This document shows, piece after piece, positions 39,848 through 48,703 of a stretch of 64,000 bases of DNA. The stretch lies in the IMG/VR virus record IMGVR_UViG_3300042330_000854, positions 1 to 64,000 of that record; one strand, written 5' to 3'. A program made the position numbers and the translations under genes. Each line of letters begins with the position of its first letter. Positions within the stretch are counted from its first letter, which is position 1. The notes beneath the pieces were generated by a model. That model did no database searches and was not told the origin of the DNA. It worked only from the letters and a program-made list of their open reading frames with translations. The stretch is from a virus.

Positions 39848-39988
39848 TGCCCATCGTTCTCCTAGCAATAGGTTTGGTAAATACCGAATAAAATTATGAT
39901 CTTAGTGGCGTTAGATTAGTAGCAATAATTAAAATAGAAGAGAGGCATGTATGGTGAGCTATTGGAAGAGATAGACTAGGTGATGGCA
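39848..39988 (+). ncRNA. four-way-junction ncRNA, copy 2
   Basis: Homologous core to 33063; CCTA-gcaa-TAGG hairpin; follows a TTGACA promoter. Confidence 0.55.
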
Positions 39989-40041
39989 TTACCAAATAAT
40001 TATGCTAAAAGTTTTGATAGTTTCTTTAAAAAACTATCTAT

Positions 40042-40114
40042 GGTAGTTGTGGCAGAAAAGTTATGCGACAGATTGTGAGTCTGTAATAAGCGAGAGCGTT
40101 ACTCGTCAACTACC
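40042..40114 (+). tRNA. tRNA-His(GTG)
   Basis: G-1:C73; ACAGA-ttGTGag-TCTGT; T-loop AGCGTTA. Confidence 0.85.
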
Positions 40115-40865
40115 CGAAATTTATTGGGGATTTATCAATGCTAATTTGGTCTAATGAAAGCCGTGAACTTTTTAAAAATGTTGTAATTGAAAATAATATT
40201 GGTACTTTATCTTTACCAAGCGAAAACCCATTCAATATTGAATGGTCTAACCAATGTAAAATATTAGATAATAATCAAAGTACACCAGCTAATGAATATA
40301 AACAATATAATTTACAATTAAATAATGGTAAAATAGCTACTGGTGTTTTTATAAAACAAATTGAATTTTTTGGTGATAAAGATAAGAAAATTTTTACATT
40401 TGTAATTGATACTATTTCTTAATAAAAATATATTATAGAAAGAAAAACAATGTTTCCATTATTTTTATTACTATTAAATTTTATATTGTTTAGTGGAATA
40501 ATTTATATGATGATTAAAATAGGTTTTTGGTTGTCTGTTTTTTGTATTTTACTTAGTTCTATAGTATGGATACCAGTTATTGTACTTCTTTACATGCATC
40601 GCAAATAATCTAAATGTTAAGTGATATTAAATTTTCACATCAATTAGAACAAAGTTTACATTTTATTGTTGAAAATTTAGAAGATAAATCTTCAAATAAT
40701 ATTATGATAAATTTTAATATTTTCTTTAAATTGTTAATTAATTGTAAAGATGTAAAAAATGTGTATTTGAATTTTATTGATAATATTTTTGTTATAAATT
40801 ATACATATAATAAACAAAATTTTTGTATTAACTTTTTCTATAAAACAACTTAAAAAGGAAATAAA

Positions 40866-41600
40866 ATGAGTTTAGCTTTATTTGATACAGAGGGGTTGCG
40901 TTTTCGACGCCAAACTGAATTACGATTACGTGAACAAATTAAAAATGAATTAGTAGAAAATATTCAACAAATTTTATTAGATATGAATCAAATGTGGCGT
41001 TTTGAAGAAGTTGAAACGCCATTAATTATGCCTAAAGAATTAATGAATGCAAGTTATGATCTTGATGATATTTTTGTTTTACAAAATAAAATAGCCAATA
41101 AAGATTATGCTTTACGTGCAGAAACAACATTAGGTTCTTATTTAATGGCTGTTGAATTACTTAAAACAACTTCAATTCGTGCTCCTTTGTGTGTTTATAC
41201 ACATGGGCCAAGTTTTCGAGTTGAAAATTCAGATGGGGCAACTGCTGCTAAATTACGGTTTAATCAATTTTATCAATTGGAATTTCAATTAATTTATGGT
41301 GCTGATACCAAAGCGCCGATTATTGAAACAATGATTGAAAAATTACCTACGGTAGTAAATAAAATTCTTAATAAATCTGTTAGAACAATTGAAAGTGATC
41401 GTTTGCCTTCTTATTCGATAGAAACAATTGATATTGAAGTTGAATGGTATTCTGAAACAGCAAAAAAGATGGAATTTAAAGAAATTGCCAGTATGAGTTT
41501 ACGCAAAGATTTTCCTTTAATTCCAGGCCATAAACCGTATCGTGTTTTTGAAATTGCTTTTGGAACTGATCGATTATTGGCTATGAAAAATGGCATTTGA
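40866..41600 (+). CDS. stand-alone class II aminoacyl-tRNA synthetase catalytic domain (GlyRS-like)
   Basis: EVETPLIMP (motif 1), LRAETT, SFRVE...LRFNQFYQLEFQ (motif 2), RLPSYS.ETIDIE, EIAFGTDRL (motif 3); no anticodon-binding domain. Confidence 0.8.
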   Translation: MSLALFDTEGLRFRRQTELRLREQIKNELVENIQQILLDMNQMWRFEEVETPLIMPKELMNASYDLDDIFVLQNKIANKDYALRAETTLGSYLMAVELLKTTSIRAPLCVYTHGPSFRVENSDGATAAKLRFNQFYQLEFQLIYGADTKAPIIETMIEKLPTVVNKILNKSVRTIESDRLPSYSIETIDIEVEWYSETAKKMEFKEIASMSLRKDFPLIPGHKPYRVFEIAFGTDRLLAMKNGI

Positions 41601-41936
41601 TTTACATGAATTGAATCAATTAAAATTTGATTTAAAAAATCTAAATGTAAATATTAAAATATGTTCTCCTGATAATAAATTGGGAGAACATTTTATTGAT
41701 TTTTATATTGATGATAAAAGAATTTTAACTATTGTTTATAAATTAAAATTTGGTTTCGGATTTTTTAGTGAAGATGCAATAATGTTTGAAGGCCCAAGTG
41801 AAATTTTAAATTATGAAAATGCATTAATAAAAATTCGAGAATTTTTAGCTGATAAAAATTTGTTAAATAAATCTACATAGTTTCAGAGTTAGAAAAAGGG
41901 AATCGCTCTTCCCAAAAACATTTTCAGAATACAGGA

Positions 41937-42312
41937 CTGAGGAAATGAGTTAGAAACAAACGAACGGTTACGATTAACCGGAATAGAAAAAATTCTATTC
42001 ACTAATCCGTCTATCGAGTAGAATTGGTAGGCGAAAAGATTCTAGCAATGTTTGTTCATTAACAACTAGAAGTTATCATAATTTTAATACATGAGAATTA
42101 TGATAATCCCGTTTTGAGAAATTTAAAATCAATTTCTGAAGATTTATCACGAGTAGGTACAGCAAAACCGCCTGCGCTTTATTTTATAATGTAGTGAGTC
42201 ATGTATGAAATTTACGCCGATGCTTTTATACGTAAGGTGCAAAATTTGATCTTCCCTATGTCATTATTATTTTATTAGTTTTGGCATGGGGAAGAATGAA
42301 ATATGTCCTCAG
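41937..42312 (+). ncRNA. large (~375 nt) structured ncRNA candidate
   Basis: CTGAGGA/TCCTCAG closing helix with at least 8 internal hairpins; ORF-free and GC-enriched. Confidence 0.5.
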
Positions 42313-42472
42313 CAATTGCCGTATGGGCTTTAGAAATAAAGAAAAAAATCAAGTAAAAAACAAAAAAAATAAAATTTTTCTTCTAATAAGATTTATAGCA
42401 GAAATTCTTTTTTTATTGAAAATTTTTTTACATGATATTATATTAACTTTTTAATGAAAGAAAAAATAAAAA

Positions 42473-42676
42473 ATGACAAAACCTTATACTTGTGAAATCA
42501 CTCAACAAACTTTTGAAAATGTTGAAGCCGCTAATTTTTATTTTACTCAACAAAATAAAATGGTTTCTATTCTTCCAGTTGGTTCAATAGTAACTATGGA
42601 ATTTAGACCTAATCGAGTTAGAATTTATCATGATTTAGAAGATAAAAATATCATCATAGATATTACTTTTGGTTAA
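42473..42676 (+). CDS. peptidase inhibitor I78/potato-inhibitor-I-like protein
   Basis: ILPVGSIVTMEFRPNRVRIYHD...IIDITFG. Confidence 0.8.
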   Translation: MTKPYTCEITQQTFENVEAANFYFTQQNKMVSILPVGSIVTMEFRPNRVRIYHDLEDKNIIIDITFG

Positions 42677-42731
42677 AATTAATTGATAAAAACATGTTGA
42701 CAAGCTAATAAAAACATAGTAAGTTATATAC

Positions 42732-42831
42732 ATAAGCATGGGATATGAAAAGAAGGTTCGAGTCCTTCGCCGCAACGTTGACAACAACGGGGTGGATGTT
42801 GTTCGCCGGAAAGAAGCTTTTCTGTGCTTAT
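42732..42831 (+). ncRNA. circularly permuted tRNA-like RNA (YrlA-like)
   Basis: TAAGCATGG/CTGTGCTTA closing stem, then T arm GAAGG-ttcgagt-CCTTC, closed hairpin CGTTG-acaa-CAACG and D-like TTC-gccggaaa-GAA. Confidence 0.55.
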
Positions 42832-42833
42832 AT

Positions 42834-42906
42834 CACGCATTCGAATAATCAGTTAATTCAACAGACTTTCAATCTGTAAACGAGAGGGCAGAACTCTCAT
42901 GCGTGA
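42834..42906 (+). tRNA. tRNA-Glu(TTC)
   Basis: CACGCAT/ATGCGTG; ACAGA-ctTTCaa-TCTGT; T-loop GGCAGAA. Confidence 0.85.
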
Positions 42907-43355
42907 CTTTTTAAAATATAGGAATAAAATATGGAAAATGTATTAATTCTTCTGTTATTACCAATTATTGTAATATTAATTGGGTTAATTTTATTTGTTT
43001 ATATTTACTTACCATTATCTATTCCATTTTTACTACCAAGTTTAACTGTAATTATAATTTCTATTCTAATTTTTATTGTTATACATTATATTGGAAAAAT
43101 AATTTAAAAATTAAATAAAATGCTTTAATTAATGTAGTTGTGATAGATAAATAATGTACAAATTTATGCCGATTTAATAAGAGAAAATAATATGAATAAT
43201 AATTTTAATTTAGAACATGTTGGAAGTTCTTTTGAAGATTGGCTTGAATACGAAGGATTTGCTGAAGAAGTTTATGCAAGTGCTTTAAAAGAATTACAAT
43301 TTGAACAAATTGAAAAAACATTAAAGAAATTACAAAAATAATTAGAAAGTTTTTT

Positions 43356-43892
43356 ATGATATTTAAAATAGAAAAAAATGTTAATTTAAATAATAGTTTT
43401 ATTCCAAGAAAATACGAAGAACTATATAAAATTGTAGATGGTATGAAAATAGGAGATAATATAAAGTTATCTTCTACAATGTTTAATAAAAATAATTTGA
43501 GAAAATATCAAATTACAATTCAAAATTGTCTTAAAAATAAATATCCAGAAAAAAAGTTTATAACTTCTATTATCAACGACGATATTTATTTATGGTATGC
43601 TAATAAAGAAAACACCAACGACATTAAAAAATTAATTCATCAGGTTAAAAAACAAATTTATTTAAATAAAAAAAATTCTAATTGGTTTATTGTTAATGAT
43701 ATTTTAATAGAAAAAGATATACTTATTGATGATATTGAACATAAAATATTACAAATCGGCGATAGTTTTATGGTTGACACTGAATTAAAAAGACAATGTT
43801 GTCTTGATAAGTTAAGACGTATGTACCCATCATATAAATTTAAAAGTAAAAAAATAACAATTAATGAGTATAGAATTTGGAGAATATCATGA
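43356..43892 (+). CDS. tandem two-domain IEK / IGDS / RIWR family protein
   Basis: Two repeats of IEK....MKIGD/LQIGDSF...YP..KF...IW. Confidence 0.65.
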   Translation: MIFKIEKNVNLNNSFIPRKYEELYKIVDGMKIGDNIKLSSTMFNKNNLRKYQITIQNCLKNKYPEKKFITSIINDDIYLWYANKENTNDIKKLIHQVKKQIYLNKKNSNWFIVNDILIEKDILIDDIEHKILQIGDSFMVDTELKRQCCLDKLRRMYPSYKFKSKKITINEYRIWRIS

Positions 43893-44179
43893 AAATTGAT
43901 AAAAATATTCCATTACTAAATAACAATCAAAATACACCTAGTAAATATATTTTACCAGAAATGGAAATCGGTGATAGTATTTTGTTTACTGTTCCAGAAA
44001 ATGAAAGGTTTAATGCGTTTAAACAAAGAACTATTGCTGGATTAAAACATCATAATCCAGACTATGTTTTGTCTTTAAGAAATGAAGGTAAAAATAGTTT
44101 CAGAGTTTGGCGCGTAGCAGAAAAACCTAAAAATGTATTTGTTGTTATTAATAAAGAAATGATAGAAAAAATTAATTAA
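43877..44179 (+). CDS. IP.P / MEIGDS / RVWR family protein (start probably 43889)
   Basis: MKIDKNIPL...MEIGDSILF...FRVWRVA. Confidence 0.7.
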   Translation: MENIMKIDKNIPLLNNNQNTPSKYILPEMEIGDSILFTVPENERFNAFKQRTIAGLKHHNPDYVLSLRNEGKNSFRVWRVAEKPKNVFVVINKEMIEKIN

Positions 44180-44329
44180 ATGTTTGAAACAAAAATGCGA
44201 TTATAAAGATTTATACTGAATTAAATCATTATTTATAATTCCCATTGTTTCACTTATTTTATGCTATATTCAGACATTATTTAGTTTAAGGTTGTAAGAT
44301 AATGGGTATATAAGTCAGCAACCTTTTTA

Positions 44330-44401
44330 CGCGGGATAGTGAAGTGGTTATCACACAGGATTCATGCTCCTGTATCCTAGGTTCAAATCCTAGTTCCGCT
44401 A
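44330..44401 (+). tRNA. tRNA-Met(CAT), initiator-like
   Basis: C1:U72 mismatch; CAGGA-ttCATgc-TCCTG; GTTCAAATC. Confidence 0.85.
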
Positions 44402-44501
44402 CAATTAAATTTTATAATACCATAAGTCTGTTTAAGTGATTATGACGATTAACAAATAGTTAATTCATCTATGTACAAAATCCTTTTCAGCAGGTTATTT
44501 T

Positions 44502-44553
44502 AAAGAATGATTTCCGCAAAATTTAGCTTGGATATGCAAAAAACATCATTCTG
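44502..44553 (+). ncRNA. CxGCAAA stem-loop RNA (near-identical to the 34630 copy)
   Basis: AGAATGAT-TTCCGCAAA...GCTTGGATATGC...ATCATTCTG. Confidence 0.7.
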
Positions 44554-46308
44554 TTTTAAACATTTTATATGAAGGAAAAAATAATGCACAAATATACAAA
44601 TTTAATTATTAAAAAAACATACGACGAAACAACAAATACTTATACTGAAGTACCATTTACTGTCGTTGAAGATCAAAACGATGTTTGGACTTTACTAAAT
44701 TATTTTGCTAGAGATAATAATGATCCAAAAATTACATTTATAATTAAACCTATTACTGTTTCTGATGTTCCAAAATAATTTAATCTTTTAAATCAGGATT
44801 CATTATTAACATGATTTTATTAGCTATTTCTAATGAAATAGCATCTTTTTCTTTTTGTTTAATTTGTTGAAACGCTTGAATTTCCCATTTCATTAACCCT
44901 AAATTATCAAAATTATCATAAGAATTTATATTTTCTAAAATTTCTTTTATTTTGAAATTAGTTTGTGATTTTTTAAGTAAAATTTTATATTGATTGTTTT
45001 CTGTGTATCTCATCGATTATTTAAAGGTTATAAAATGAATTTATTAAAAAATTCTAAATTTAAAAAATTAATTAATAATTCTAATATTTATTGGATTGAT
45101 TTGCCGATTATTGATGGGAATTTAGATTATACATACTCAGTTTTAAACTCAGAAGATTTTCTAAAAAAATTTGAAAATGGTTATTATAAATATACCTATT
45201 TTACAAATGATGGTAGAGATTATAATGAAATACAAACCGATTTACCATCACTTAGAACTAAATTACAACAATTTTTTATTGATGATAATTATCATTTAAT
45301 TTATGTTGAATTAAACAATACTGATTATTTATTATATATATTAGGAAAATAAAATGAACTTTGAAGATTTTAAAAAATTAGTTAAAGAAATTAAAAATGA
45401 TGATGAAGATTATTTTTATATTGAAAAAAATATATTTGATAAAGATGCTAATTTTTATTCATTTGATGATTGCTTAACTTATGAAGGCAATTATATGGGC
45501 GATAGTTGGGATTATCCAGACAGTTCAAAATACCCAACAGAAATTAAAAAAATTGATTTATTTTTAGAAAAATATGTTCAAAATATTTCTTTTATTCAAT
45601 ATAAAAAACTAACAAACAAATATCGACATATTAGTCATGAAACTCGTGATATTTATTCTAATACAGTTTATAAGATAACATATATTTCAATAAAAGAATT
45701 TTATGATTTTCTTCTTGAAAATAAATTAATTTAGGTTGCTAAGATTATAATTGTTTAGTATATTATAATCTTAATAAAGGAGATATTAAATGAAAATTTA
45801 TTTTGATGTAAAATATAATGATAATGTAATTGCCACAAAAGATAAATTTATTTTTCTGCATGAAAAATTAAAGCATAAAATTCTTTATTCCAAAGAATCT
45901 ATTTTGCGTTTAGTTGAGAAAACCAATGAATAAATTATCAATAAAAGAATTAGAATTTTTATATAATATTTTAAATATTGAATATCATAATATGGTTAAT
46001 CAAAACAAAGATGATTTTGATGATAGATTTTATAATATTTGTATGGAAAAAATTTTACAATATCATGACAATAATAAAACATGTTTGAAATTATTAAAAG
46101 AAAAACATCAACAAATCAATTATTTTAATTCCAATATTAGAGTTATAAATCATAATTTTAACTTTAATAATTTTAATTCAATTGATGAAAATGAACTAAA
46201 TTACATCGTTATTTTAGAGCATAAAATATTAATTGTTGATTTACTATTGATTAATCCAGGATGTTATGATAAAATGAACATGAACCAAATTGTTGATATT
46301 TTACAAAA

Positions 46309-46665
46309 TTGAAAATAATATTATTAATTGGGCTGCCTGGAAGTGGCCAATCAACATATGGAAAAAGTTTAATCAAAGAAAATGTTTATTTCTTTGATGA
46401 AGATTTATTTAAAATTAATAATATTCCTGAAAATACAAAACTTTTAATTTTTGCCCATCCGTTGTTTTGTATAAAAGAAAAATTAAATCAATTTAAAGAA
46501 AAAATATTTTGTGAAATTGAAGAAGTTTATTTTGAAAACAATCCAGAACAATGTTTAAAAAATACAAAAAATAGAGATGGTAAACCATGTTATTCGAGCA
46601 TAAATTATTTGACTAAACAATATGTTATACCAAATAATGCTTATATTAAAAAATGTTATGAATAA
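46309..46665 (+). CDS. P-loop kinase-like protein (PNK/AAA_33-like) with degenerate Walker A
   Basis: IILLIGLPGSGQST (K replaced by Q); PEQCLKNTKNRD. Confidence 0.6.
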   Translation: MKIILLIGLPGSGQSTYGKSLIKENVYFFDEDLFKINNIPENTKLLIFAHPLFCIKEKLNQFKEKIFCEIEEVYFENNPEQCLKNTKNRDGKPCYSSINYLTKQYVIPNNAYIKKCYE

Positions 46666-46675
46666 AATATTAAAT

Positions 46676-46762
46676 GGATAGTTAGTAGAGTGGTCGATTG
46701 CGCTACATTGGAAATGTAGAGAACCTGTAAAGGTTCCAGGGGTTCAAATCCTCTACTATCCG
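46676..46762 (+). tRNA. tRNA-Ser(GGA)
   Basis: CTACA-ttGGAaa-TGTAG; long variable arm; G73. Confidence 0.9.
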
Positions 46763-46811
46763 CAAAATTATTGTTGACATGTAAATAAAATAATAGTATA
46801 GTAAAATTATT

Positions 46812-47640
46812 GGTGTGTTGGCCGAGAGTATTATAGTTATTAAATTAATAGAGAGATTATAAATGTTTATATGTGAGTTTGGTTGTGGCAAGATTGCTAT
46901 TCATCAGTTTAAATCTAGTCATAAATGGTGTTGTTCAACAAACGTGAATACTTGTGTCGGTCATAGAGAAAAAATATCTAAATCAAAAAAGGGTATAAAT
47001 CCTTTTCTTGGAAGAGAACACCCAAGAGGCATGAAAGGGAAAATTCATATATTCAAGGGAAAAACTTATGAAGAAATTTTTGGAGATAGGGCTTCTATTA
47101 TTAAATCTAAAATTTCTAATAGTTTAAAAGGAAATACTAATTGGTCAAATGTCGATGAAATAATTAAAATTTTACATGCAGAACGTGCTCGTGAACGTAT
47201 ATTGAAACGATATGAAGCTGGGTGGCAACCTAAAGCTGGACGCTGCACCAAATATACATATGAGAGTAAGATAGCAGGAAAAATATTAGTAGATGGTACT
47301 TGGGAATTAGAAGTAGCAAAATGGTTAGATAGCAAATGTTTAAATTGGAAACGAAACACGAAAAGATTTCCTTATACTAATATAGAAGAAAAAATAAGTC
47401 ATTATACACCTGATTTTTGGATTGAAGAATGGGATTCATATTTAGAAATTAAGGGATACGAAACAGATTTAGATCGTTGTAAATGGGCGCAATTTAAAGA
47501 AAATTTAATAGTATGGTATAAAAAAGATATAGACAAAATTATTAAAGATAATAAACTTTTATCTAGCTACATATGCATATAGTTTTAGACGTTGAAGGTA
47601 GTAACCCTGTCTTCCAAAAGTTCAAATCTTTTACACACCG
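46812..47640 (+). pseudogene. tRNA split in the D-loop by an endonuclease gene (5' part about 46812-46829, 3' part about 47584-47640)
   Basis: GGTGTGT...ACACACC acceptor pairs across the insertion; AAAAG-ttcaaat-CTTTT T arm; anticodon arm imperfect (GTA or AGT). Confidence 0.65.
46863..47582 (+). CDS. PD-(D/E)XK-type homing endonuclease with Cys-rich/NUMOD3-like N-terminus
   Basis: CEFGCG...WCCS..C; HREKISKSKKG; GTWELEVAKWLD; YTPDFWIEEWDSYLEIKGY. Confidence 0.8.
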   Translation: MFICEFGCGKIAIHQFKSSHKWCCSTNVNTCVGHREKISKSKKGINPFLGREHPRGMKGKIHIFKGKTYEEIFGDRASIIKSKISNSLKGNTNWSNVDEIIKILHAERARERILKRYEAGWQPKAGRCTKYTYESKIAGKILVDGTWELEVAKWLDSKCLNWKRNTKRFPYTNIEEKISHYTPDFWIEEWDSYLEIKGYETDLDRCKWAQFKENLIVWYKKDIDKIIKDNKLLSSYICI

Positions 47641-47644
47641 CTTT

Positions 47645-47731
47645 GGATAATTAACTTACAGGGCTGTAAGCGCTGCCTCGAAAGCAGATGGAACGATAAT
47701 ATCGTTTGGGGATCGAGACCTCAGTTATCCG
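47645..47731 (+). tRNA. tRNA-Ser(CGA)
   Basis: GGATAAT/GTTATCC G73; CTGC-ctCGAaa-GCAG; long variable arm. Confidence 0.85.
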
Positions 47732-47738
47732 CAATTAG

Positions 47739-47823
47739 TTTTGTTTGGAGAGTAGAATACCGTAAACTTGCGACATAGTGTCTGTTAAAGAGATAATTGG
47801 TTCAAATCCAATCACAAACAAAA
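47739..47823 (+). ncRNA. T-arm-bearing tRNA-like RNA, copy 2
   Basis: TGTTTG-GAGAGTAGAATAC...ATTGG-ttcaaat-CCAAT-CACAAACA. Confidence 0.6.
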
Positions 47824-47958
47824 TTAATAACATTTCTATAAAATATTTGAACTATAATCAGAAATTAGCATAACTGATTATATCAAATTATTAGTTGACT
47901 TTTGTTGATTCTTGGTCAAAGTCCTTTTAATTTGTGAAATATTTTTATAGAGCTAATT

Positions 47959-48030
47959 TCCGCTATAACTCAATGAGAGAGTAGCAGTTTTGTAAACTGA
48001 AAGCTGGGAGTTCAAATCTCTCTAGCGGCG
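47959..48030 (+). tRNA. tRNA-Thr(TGT)
   Basis: CAGT-ttTGTaa-ACTG; GTTCAAATC. Confidence 0.8.
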
Positions 48031-48034
48031 CTTT

Positions 48035-48703
48035 TTGTGGAGGCTTAACATGAGATTAGAAGATTTAAAGCGTATATTAAAAGAAAGTCCAGCGGCGGCA
48101 TATGGTAATATGTTAGCTAGTCCAAGTTATTTTTATACTGAAATTAGCGCTCAATTTTTTCGTGAAAATTGGAATATTGTTGGTGAAATTACTATAAATA
48201 ATGATATATTAACAATAGGTCATATGAAAAATAATGATTTAGATGTTTATGTTGCCGGGTATTTTGACGAAAAAATAGAAGACTTTGGAAGTTATAAAGA
48301 AACTAAAGAAATATTTTTTGTTTTATTACAAGCATATTTAAAAAAAGATAATTATGTTGAACAACATTTTCCTTATAAAAATGTTTATTCTATGGCAGCA
48401 ATTAAAGTTAGCTCCGATGCACAAACTCAAGGAATTGCATCAGGATTTTATACTTGGTTATTAAACCAAGGAATTATTTTACGCTCAGATCAATTACAAT
48501 ATAATGGTGCTAGAAGATTATGGGCGAAATTATCAAAATACGATCATTTGGTTGTTGATGTTTTAGATATTAAAAATAATAAAATCGTAGCTAAAAATGA
48601 ACAATTATATCATGGTTTTAAAGAAGACGATTTTGATAAACGTTACTGGTCGAGAAACGATGATAAAAAAGATATTGTTTTTATTTTAACAAAAGTAGTT
48701 TAA
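48035..48703 (+). CDS. GNAT-like protein with MRL..L..E leader, paralogue 3 (start probably MRLEDL, about 48050)
   Basis: AQTQGIASGFY; LRSDQLQYNGARRLWAKLS. Confidence 0.65.
   Translation: MWRLNMRLEDLKRILKESPAAAYGNMLASPSYFYTEISAQFFRENWNIVGEITINNDILTIGHMKNNDLDVYVAGYFDEKIEDFGSYKETKEIFFVLLQAYLKKDNYVEQHFPYKNVYSMAAIKVSSDAQTQGIASGFYTWLLNQGIILRSDQLQYNGARRLWAKLSKYDHLVVDVLDIKNNKIVAKNEQLYHGFKEDDFDKRYWSRNDDKKDIVFILTKVV

Noticed and set aside
41937-42312. RNase P RNA or tmRNA
   Set aside because: GAGGAAA is not followed by GTCC, there is no 3' P4 consensus, and no tRNA-like domain or tag ORF is evident.
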